Source: an uncultured Alphaproteobacteria bacterium (lineage in GTDB: Bacteria; Pseudomonadota; Alphaproteobacteria; GCA-002720895). Taken from it: a DNA stretch of 64,000 bases. Where the stretch lies: NCBI GenBank assembly GCA_902607475.1, contig CACLKH010000001.1, positions 17,094-81,093 on the forward strand, written 5' to 3'. This document shows positions 58,013-64,000 of this stretch, in pieces; position 1 is the first letter of the stretch, and every line of letters begins with the position of its first letter. The notes under the pieces are model-generated. The model was given only the letters and a program-made list of their open reading frames with translations. It searched no databases and was not told the origin of the DNA. Both the position numbers and the translations under genes were made by a program.

Positions 58013-59434
58013 ATGTGCGGAATCTTTGGTATATTCGATCATAACGATGCAGCTACAATAACTGCCCTTGGACTACACTCACTTCAACATAGAGGTCAAG
58101 AAGCGTGTGGAATAGTAACGCATAATGAAAATAATTTTTACTCTGAAAAAAGATTAGGTTTGGTAGGAGATAATTTTACAAAGAAAGATGTTATAAATAA
58201 ATTACCCGGTAAATATGCTATTGGCCATAATAGATATGCAACTTCTGGAAAAACTTTTTTAAGAAATGTACAACCTTTTTTTGCTGATCTAGCAGGTGGA
58301 GGGTTGTCTATTGCGCATAATGGAAATTTAACTAACAGTTTATCGTTAAGACATAAGTTGGTAGATAAAGGTGCAATTTTTCAAAGCACTTCTGATACAG
58401 AAATAATAATTCAACTTATTGCTAGATCAAGAAGAACAAATTTTGTAGATAAGCTTATTGATGCATTATTTCAAATCCAAGGAGGTTATTCTTTAGTTGT
58501 AATGACTGGAAAAAAATTAATAGGAGTTCGCGATCCATTTGGAATAAGGCCGTTAGTTTTAGGTGATTTAGATGGTTCTCCAATACTAACATCTGAAACA
58601 TGCTCTTTAGACATAATTGGTGCAAAATTTATAAGAGAAATAGAAAATGGTGAAATAGTAATAATTACAGATAATAAAATTAAAAGTATAAAACCTTTTC
58701 CTGAAATAAAATGTAGACCAGATATATTTGAGTATATTTATTTTTCTAGACCTGACAGTGAACTAGGAGGAAAAAGCATATATCAATGTAGAAAGAATTT
58801 CGGTATTGAGCTTGCAACAGAGTCTAAAACTAAAGCTGATATTGTTACTGCTGTACCAGATTCTGGAATGCCAGCTGCTATAGGATTTGCTGAACAATCT
58901 AAAATACCATTTGAATTAGGATTAATAAGAAATCATTATGTTGGAAGAACTTTTATTGAACCAGCACAACAAGTTAGGCAATTTGGAGTTAGATTAAAGC
59001 ATAATGCAAATCATAATTGTATAAGAGGTAAAAAAATTATTCTTATAGATGATTCAATAGTAAGAGGAACGACTTGTTTAAAAATAGTACAAATGCTTAA
59101 TAATGCAGGAGCAAAAGAAATACATATGAAAATTGGAAGTCCTCCGATTATTCATCCTGATTGCTATGGTGTAGATACTCCAAAACAAGATGAGCTATTA
59201 GCTGCAGTAAAAAAAAATATTAAAGATATGGCAAAATTTATCGGAGTTAAATCGTTAAGTTTTTTATCTGTTGAAGGACTGTATAGAGCTATGGGATGTA
59301 AAAAAAGAAATGAAGATACACCTCAATTCACTGATCATTGTTTTACTGGAGATTACCCTGTTGTCCCAATTGATAAAGCTTTAGATAAATCAAAATTTGA
59401 TCAACTATCATTCTTAAGTAACGTAAATATTTAG
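58013..59434 (+). CDS. purF: amidophosphoribosyltransferase
   Basis: 473 aa. Ntn-Cys start MCGIFGI and PRTase motif ILIDDSIVRGTT. Confidence 0.95.
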   Translation: MCGIFGIFDHNDAATITALGLHSLQHRGQEACGIVTHNENNFYSEKRLGLVGDNFTKKDVINKLPGKYAIGHNRYATSGKTFLRNVQPFFADLAGGGLSIAHNGNLTNSLSLRHKLVDKGAIFQSTSDTEIIIQLIARSRRTNFVDKLIDALFQIQGGYSLVVMTGKKLIGVRDPFGIRPLVLGDLDGSPILTSETCSLDIIGAKFIREIENGEIVIITDNKIKSIKPFPEIKCRPDIFEYIYFSRPDSELGGKSIYQCRKNFGIELATESKTKADIVTAVPDSGMPAAIGFAEQSKIPFELGLIRNHYVGRTFIEPAQQVRQFGVRLKHNANHNCIRGKKIILIDDSIVRGTTCLKIVQMLNNAGAKEIHMKIGSPPIIHPDCYGVDTPKQDELLAAVKKNIKDMAKFIGVKSLSFLSVEGLYRAMGCKKRNEDTPQFTDHCFTGDYPVVPIDKALDKSKFDQLSFLSNVNI

Positions 59435-59446
59435 AAAAAAAAGGAA

Positions 59447-60256
59447 TTATTTTTTTTTTTCTTGAAAAGGATTGTTGCTAGCCAAAAATTTCAAAAAAAT
59501 CGGTATGTTATCTATTTTATAGCTTGATTTAAGTTTCTTTTCTAAAAAACGTTTATAAGAAGTTTTTATTTTATTTGGATGATTTGAAAAAATTTTAAAT
59601 GTTGGTGGGTTTGTATCTGTTTGTACTATATATTTAAATTTTATTTCTTTTCCTCTTATTTTTATTGGTGGATTATATTTTATAACTTCTCTAAGCCATT
59701 TGTTTAAATTTGAAGTTGACATAGTACTTTTAAGTAATTTTTTTATTTCAACAGAATATTTAAATATTTTTGTAAAATTTTCATCTCTAAGTGCTGAAAT
59801 AAATAAAAGATTCTCTTTTTTAAATTGAGGTAGGGAATTCTTAAAAAATTCTTCTATTTCTTTTTTCTTATTTTTTTTATTTTTAATTAAATCCCATTTA
59901 TTAATAATAATTATTAATCCTTTACCAACTTTAAGAGTGTGTGATGCTAATTTTTTATGTATTTTATCTAATTTATCAATCGTAGAATCTAAAATTAAAA
60001 TAATTATTTTTGAAAATCTAGTAGCTTTTATTAAAAGATTAAAATTAAAATTTTTTTTTCTATATACTCCAGCTGTATCCAAAAAAACAAATTCTTTTTC
60101 ATTCCAAATTATTTTTTTTTCAATAATTTCTTTTGTTGTGCCAGGATGTTTACTAGTTTGTAATTGATTAGAGTTTAATAACCTGTTAATTAATGTAGAT
60201 TTACCAACATTTGGATTTCCTATAAAACAAAGTTTAATTTTTTTTTCTTCTAACAT
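59447..60256 (-). CDS. der: Der/EngA-like ribosome-assembly GTPase with a single G domain plus KH-like domain
   Basis: 269 aa. One set of G motifs (GNPNVGKS, GTT, DTAG, NKWD, SAL). A Der-type C-terminal KH-like domain follows (TSNLNKWL...NPP...KFKYIVQTDTNPPTFKIF...SYKRFLEKKL). It sits in the yfgM-bamB-der position, and bamB's stop abuts its ATG. Confidence 0.8.
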   Translation of the reverse strand: MLEEKKIKLCFIGNPNVGKSTLINRLLNSNQLQTSKHPGTTKEIIEKKIIWNEKEFVFLDTAGVYRKKNFNFNLLIKATRFSKIIILILDSTIDKLDKIHKKLASHTLKVGKGLIIIINKWDLIKNKKNKKKEIEEFFKNSLPQFKKENLLFISALRDENFTKIFKYSVEIKKLLKSTMSTSNLNKWLREVIKYNPPIKIRGKEIKFKYIVQTDTNPPTFKIFSNHPNKIKTSYKRFLEKKLKSSYKIDNIPIFLKFLASNNPFQEKKK

Positions 60257-61573
60257 TTATTTGTATGCTAACAAAACTCCTTTTGAAGTTAAAAAATAAA
60301 CAATCTTATTTGAAACTATTGCTTGATTTTCAACAGAAGATTTAACATTGATTGCACCAAGGAATTTTCCAGTATACGGAGATATAGATGCAATTAGTCC
60401 ATGAGAACCTGAAACAATTAACATATGTCCTGCTAATAAAGGGCCAGACCATGTGATTAACTTACCTTTTTTTGTAAAATCAATATAATCTTTTAATTTA
60501 CTAACCCAAACAATTTTTCCTTGATCAGATGTAAGACAAATTAATTCGTTATCTTTTGATAAAACATATATAAATTTAGAAACAACCCATGGTGTTTGTA
60601 TTCCTCCTATGTTTGACTCCCATAATCTTTTACCATTATTTAAATTCATTGCCACCATTTTTCCATTGTGACTTATTACATAAACAATATCATTCTGAAC
60701 TACGGCATTTCCTCTTATATCAGAAATGTTTTCTAAAGATTTTTTTTGAACTAATGAGCTTAAATTGTCATTCCAAATAACTACACCATTAGATAAGTTA
60801 ATAGCATAAATTTCACCTGATGAATAAGTAACTATAACTATTCCTTTCGATACTACTGGTGTAGAAGATCCCATAAAAGTAGATATTTCCTCCAGACCCT
60901 CATGTGTCCATGATAATTCACCATTCGTTAAATCATATGCATATAATCTATTATCTTTAGCAAGAACTAAAAAAAAATTTCCTGAAATTATAGGTGCTGC
61001 TCTTATTGGTGCAGTGATTTTATTACTCCAAATAATTTTGCCATTGATTTTATCAAGTGCAAAAATATATCCAGATCCTGTAGTTACTGCTAATAAATCC
61101 TTATTTACAGCTAAACCTCCGCTTATTATACCCTTATTATCATTAACTTTTTTTTTTAGTTTTTTTACCCATTTTTTTTTTCCATTATTTTTATTGATTG
61201 CAGTAATAGTAAGAGCGGTATCAAGTGCATATATTTTTTCTTGATCAATTACTGGCTGTGAAGAAATAGGTTTTTTTTTATCTTGTCCTTTTCCTATAGA
61301 AGTTTTCCAGAATAATTCAATTTTTTTACCTACAAAAGGATGTGGTGCTTTATGTGCGTCATTATTTGTTAATTGATTCCATGTGTTATTTACTACTGGT
61401 TTAGGCAAAGAAACTTTCAAACCTCTTAAACTTGGATCTGGTTTAGCGACAGTTTCAAAAAAAAAACTACCGCGATCTTTATTTTCTTTATTATCATCTT
61501 TAAAGAATGTACAACTGTTCAACAAGAAAATAAAAAAATATAAAGATATATAAAAATAATTATTTTTTTTCAT
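60257..61573 (-). CDS. bamB: outer-membrane assembly lipoprotein BamB (PQQ-like beta-propeller)
   Basis: 438 aa. Lipobox-like LLNSC. Repeated propeller blades (..G.I.W...). Context yfgM-bamB-der. Confidence 0.8.
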   Translation of the reverse strand: MKKNNYFYISLYFFIFLLNSCTFFKDDNKENKDRGSFFFETVAKPDPSLRGLKVSLPKPVVNNTWNQLTNNDAHKAPHPFVGKKIELFWKTSIGKGQDKKKPISSQPVIDQEKIYALDTALTITAINKNNGKKKWVKKLKKKVNDNKGIISGGLAVNKDLLAVTTGSGYIFALDKINGKIIWSNKITAPIRAAPIISGNFFLVLAKDNRLYAYDLTNGELSWTHEGLEEISTFMGSSTPVVSKGIVIVTYSSGEIYAINLSNGVVIWNDNLSSLVQKKSLENISDIRGNAVVQNDIVYVISHNGKMVAMNLNNGKRLWESNIGGIQTPWVVSKFIYVLSKDNELICLTSDQGKIVWVSKLKDYIDFTKKGKLITWSGPLLAGHMLIVSGSHGLIASISPYTGKFLGAINVKSSVENQAIVSNKIVYFLTSKGVLLAYK

Positions 61574-62214
61574 TTGTTTTTTTTTATCATTTCAATTATT
61601 GTTTTAGCTCTTTCTTGAATATATTCACTTGAATCCTCGCTATTGACTATCGCATTAAGTGATTGTAAAGCGTTTTCGGAATCATTTTTTTTTAGGTAAT
61701 ATGAAGATAATAATTCATGCGCAAAATACTTCCAGTTTGAAGAGGGTTTTGAAAGATTAATAATTTCATTAATATTATCTATATTTTCAATATTTAAATC
61801 AATTTCATTATTAAACTTTTGCAATTTAATTAGACCGTAAAATAGGCTATTTTTTTTTACCTTTAAATCTTTTAAGTCTAAAGATATTTTTTTTTTATTA
61901 ACTAAATCAATTAAATATAAAAATGATAAATCGCTATAGCCAGTTGTTTGCGAATAATTAATTTTTTTTAAAATTTTTTCTGCATTTTGATAATCGTCTT
62001 GATCAATATATTGTGTAGCTTGATAAAATAACTCGCTTTGTTCTTCTATTTTTTTTTCTTTGTTATATTTAAAAAAATTAATTGATGCAACAAGAATTAA
62101 TAAAATCGTTACTAATATAAAAAAATATTTTTTATATTTACTCCATGTTCTTTTATAATTATCTTGTCTAACCTCTTCATCGATTTCTTTTATAAGGTTT
62201 TGATCATCACTCAT
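61570..62214 (-). CDS. YfgM-like TPR membrane protein
   Basis: 214 aa. Acidic/basic N-terminus, single TM (YFFILVTILLILVASINFF), TPR-like periplasmic part. Located upstream of bamB. Confidence 0.6.
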   Translation of the reverse strand: MSDDQNLIKEIDEEVRQDNYKRTWSKYKKYFFILVTILLILVASINFFKYNKEKKIEEQSELFYQATQYIDQDDYQNAEKILKKINYSQTTGYSDLSFLYLIDLVNKKKISLDLKDLKVKKNSLFYGLIKLQKFNNEIDLNIENIDNINEIINLSKPSSNWKYFAHELLSSYYLKKNDSENALQSLNAIVNSEDSSEYIQERAKTIIEMIKKNK

Positions 62215-62215
62215 T

Positions 62216-62761
62216 TTATTTCCATTTAATAGAACATCCCATACTAGATTTTTGTTCTTCAGGACCCTTCCCTGTTTTAATTATTTGATGGAATGCATTC
62301 AATAATTCTTTATCTTTCAAAATTTCACCAGAAATTCCAGAATTATCTAGTCTACCCCTATATTGAAGCTCTAAATTTTTATTATATCCAAAAAAATCAG
62401 GCGTGCATACTGCGCCATATGCTTTTGCAATTTCTTGTGTTTCATCATATAAGTATGGAAATGTAAAATTATTTTCTTTGGAAAATTTTTTCATATTTTC
62501 AAAAGAGTCCTCTGGATAATTCTCTACATCATTTGACATAATTGCTACGCAACCTATTCCTTTTTTTTGCAAGCTTATTGTATCAAGAACTAATCTATCT
62601 ATAACTCCCTTAACATAAGGACAATGATTACAAATAAACATTATCAAAGTACCATTTTTTCCTTTAATTTGATCTAAATTATATGTATTTTCATCAACTC
62701 CATTCAAACTAAATGAAATTGCTTTAGTACCAAATTGACATATTGGAGTAACTTCTGGCAT
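62216..62761 (-). CDS. thioredoxin-fold protein (AhpC/TSA / redoxin family)
   Basis: 181 aa. FICNHCPYV redox-motif context and AVCTPDFF, typical of redoxin-family proteins. Confidence 0.7.
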   Translation of the reverse strand: MPEVTPICQFGTKAISFSLNGVDENTYNLDQIKGKNGTLIMFICNHCPYVKGVIDRLVLDTISLQKKGIGCVAIMSNDVENYPEDSFENMKKFSKENNFTFPYLYDETQEIAKAYGAVCTPDFFGYNKNLELQYRGRLDNSGISGEILKDKELLNAFHQIIKTGKGPEEQKSSMGCSIKWK

Positions 62762-62801
62762 AATTATAATATAATAATAAAAAAAATTATTTATTTAATA
62801 T

Positions 62802-63134
62802 ATGTCAAAAATTTATCATTTTTCTAAATATATTAAAGAAAAAGAAAAAGTAACATTTTCTAAAGAAGACCTCAATTCAATAATTAGCATCTATAGTCAA
62901 AAAGTTTCAAATGGTATTTGGAAAGATTATTCAATAAATTTTGAGAAAAACTATGCTGAATTTTCAATTTATAAACACACATATGCATCACCTGAATTTT
63001 CAATCGTTAAAAATAAAAAAAAAATTTTTTCCATTTATTCAAGAACACAAGAATTAAAAAAATCAAAGTATATTAAAGATGTGTTAGATATATTAAAAAA
63101 AGTTGAGAGTAAAAAAATTTTTCAAATCATTTAA
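62802..63134 (+). CDS. conserved hypothetical protein (DUF2794-like by recollection)
   Basis: 110 aa soluble protein. The pattern IYSQKVSNGIWKDYSI...FSIYKH resembles an alphaproteobacterial DUF family. No functional motif. Confidence 0.45.
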   Translation: MSKIYHFSKYIKEKEKVTFSKEDLNSIISIYSQKVSNGIWKDYSINFEKNYAEFSIYKHTYASPEFSIVKNKKKIFSIYSRTQELKKSKYIKDVLDILKKVESKKIFQII

Positions 63135-63432
63135 TATTTTTAAATTCTTTCTCAAATTTAAGAAGTTGTTTTTTTTTATTAATTCCTCCAGAGGCAGAAT
63201 AGCCACCTAAGCTTCCATCTGATTTTGTTACGCGATGACAAGGAATATTTATTGGATAAGGGTTTCTTTTACATGCGTTTCCTACTGCTCTAGCTGCTTT
63301 TGGATGTCCTATTATGGTTGCAATTTCTTTATATGTTTTAGTTTTTCCAGCAGGGATTTTTTTTAATTCACTCCAAACTTTGATTTGAAACTCTGTTCCT
63401 TGTAATTTTATATTATTTATTTTTATTCCCAT
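63127..63432 (-). CDS. ogt: methylated-DNA--protein-cysteine methyltransferase, single (C-terminal) domain form
   Basis: 101 aa. [18 protein letters not shown] (PCHR active-site Cys present). Confidence 0.85.
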   Translation of the reverse strand: MGIKINNIKLQGTEFQIKVWSELKKIPAGKTKTYKEIATIIGHPKAARAVGNACKRNPYPINIPCHRVTKSDGSLGGYSASGGINKKKQLLKFEKEFKNIK

Positions 63433-64000
63433 TCTATAGTACCGGGTGGCTTACTAGTATTATCATAAACTACACGATTAACTCCTTTAACTTCATTTAT
63501 AATCTTAGTGCTTATTTGAGCTAAATTATCTGGATCGAAATAATATGGCTCAGCTGTCATACCGTCTACTGATGTAACAGCTCTTAAAACACATGTATAT
63601 TCATAAGATCTCTGATCACCCATAACTCCAATTGTTTTTACAGGAAGCAAAACAGCAAATGCTTGCCAAATTTTATCATATAGCTTTCTTTCTTTTAACT
63701 GTTTAATAAAAATAAAGTCAGCTTCTTGTAAGATCTTAATTTTTTCTTTTGTAATATTACCTGGTATTCTTACAGCCAGTCCTGGCCCCGGGAACGGATG
63801 TCTATTTAAAATATAATCTGGAACATTAAGTTTTTTCCCAAGAATTCTCACTTCATCTTTAAAAAGTTCTTTTAAAGGCTCAATTAATTTAAAGTTTAAT
63901 TTTTTTGGCAAACCTCCTACATTATGATGGGATTTTATTTTTACAGATGGCGCTCCTCTTACAGATTTTGATTCAATTACATCTGGATATAATGTTCCTT
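63423..64000 (-). CDS. guaA: GMP synthase (glutamine-hydrolysing), C-terminal part; 5' end lies beyond the window
   Basis: The frame stays open to the window edge (..[34 protein letters not shown]..; the track 'M' at 63911 is an internal TTG). It ends with the canonical ...KPPGTIEWE. Confidence 0.93.
   Translation of the reverse strand, partial: GTLYPDVIESKSVRGAPSVKIKSHHNVGGLPKKLNFKLIEPLKELFKDEVRILGKKLNVPDYILNRHPFPGPGLAVRIPGNITKEKIKILQEADFIFIKQLKERKLYDKIWQAFAVLLPVKTIGVMGDQRSYEYTCVLRAVTSVDGMTAEPYYFDPDNLAQISTKIINEVKGVNRVVYDNTSKPPGTIEWE

Noticed and set aside
1-64000. A search for CRISPR arrays, IS elements, prophage genes, toxin-antitoxin pairs, restriction-modification or other defence systems.
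   Set aside because: No repeat-spacer periodicity, no terminal inverted repeats, and no ORFs with transposase, integrase, nuclease-defence or methyltransferase (other than rsmA/cobA/ogt) signatures were seen. The window is almost entirely core metabolism and envelope/translation genes.

Overview
The window is a very AT-rich (roughly 70% A+T by eye, not computed), extremely gene-dense chromosomal segment. I count about 65 protein-coding genes (two run off the window edges) and 2 tRNAs, with almost no non-coding DNA. Neighbouring genes often overlap by 4-30 nt, including convergent pairs. Gene content and synteny are those of a streamlined alphaproteobacterium: gatCAB; ruvX-pyrB-pyrC'-plsY; topA; aspS; hda next to purMN; pepA divergent from lptFG-lptD-surA-pdxA-rsmA; fabD-fabG-acpP-fabF-mltG-gmk; rpsF-rpsR-rplI-dnaB; cvpA-purF; yfgM-bamB-der. 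The organism is most plausibly SAR11/Pelagibacterales-like, but this is an inference because no rRNA is in the window. I saw no transposase, integrase, phage genes, CRISPR array or long repeats. All calls rest on reading the ORF-track proteins for family signature motifs; no BLAST or HMM search was possible.

Most of the window is ordinary housekeeping. The one accessory-looking stretch is a co-directional minus-strand block at about 13.9-22.2 kb, between rne and tRNA-Ser. It holds a TPR/GT41 glycosyltransferase, a DUF5672-like protein, a MAPEG membrane protein and a sirohaem branch (CbiX/SirB-like chelatase, CobA). It continues with sulfite reductase CysI, an Fe-S (APS-type) CysH, and three small genes: a DUF2061 membrane protein, a divergent APS-kinase-like P-loop protein and a 117-aa HxGH nucleotidyltransferase. 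My best candidate for something undescribed is that this small-gene triad is a non-canonical sulfate-activation (APS/PAPS-forming) module. It would stand in for the missing Sat/CysDN, in a lineage whose cultured members are reported to lack assimilatory sulfate reduction. This is a hypothesis, not a demonstrated function.

Other points worth a second look:
- prfB has the classical +1 programmed frameshift, which the ORF track missed.
- The pyrB-linked dihydroorotase has lost its metal ligands (PyrC'-like).
- The Der/EngA GTPase has only one G domain.
- An alpha/beta hydrolase appears to have a substituted catalytic triad.
- A consensus DnaA box plus hairpin lies upstream of dnaB.
- Two unannotated small membrane-peptide ORFs are present.
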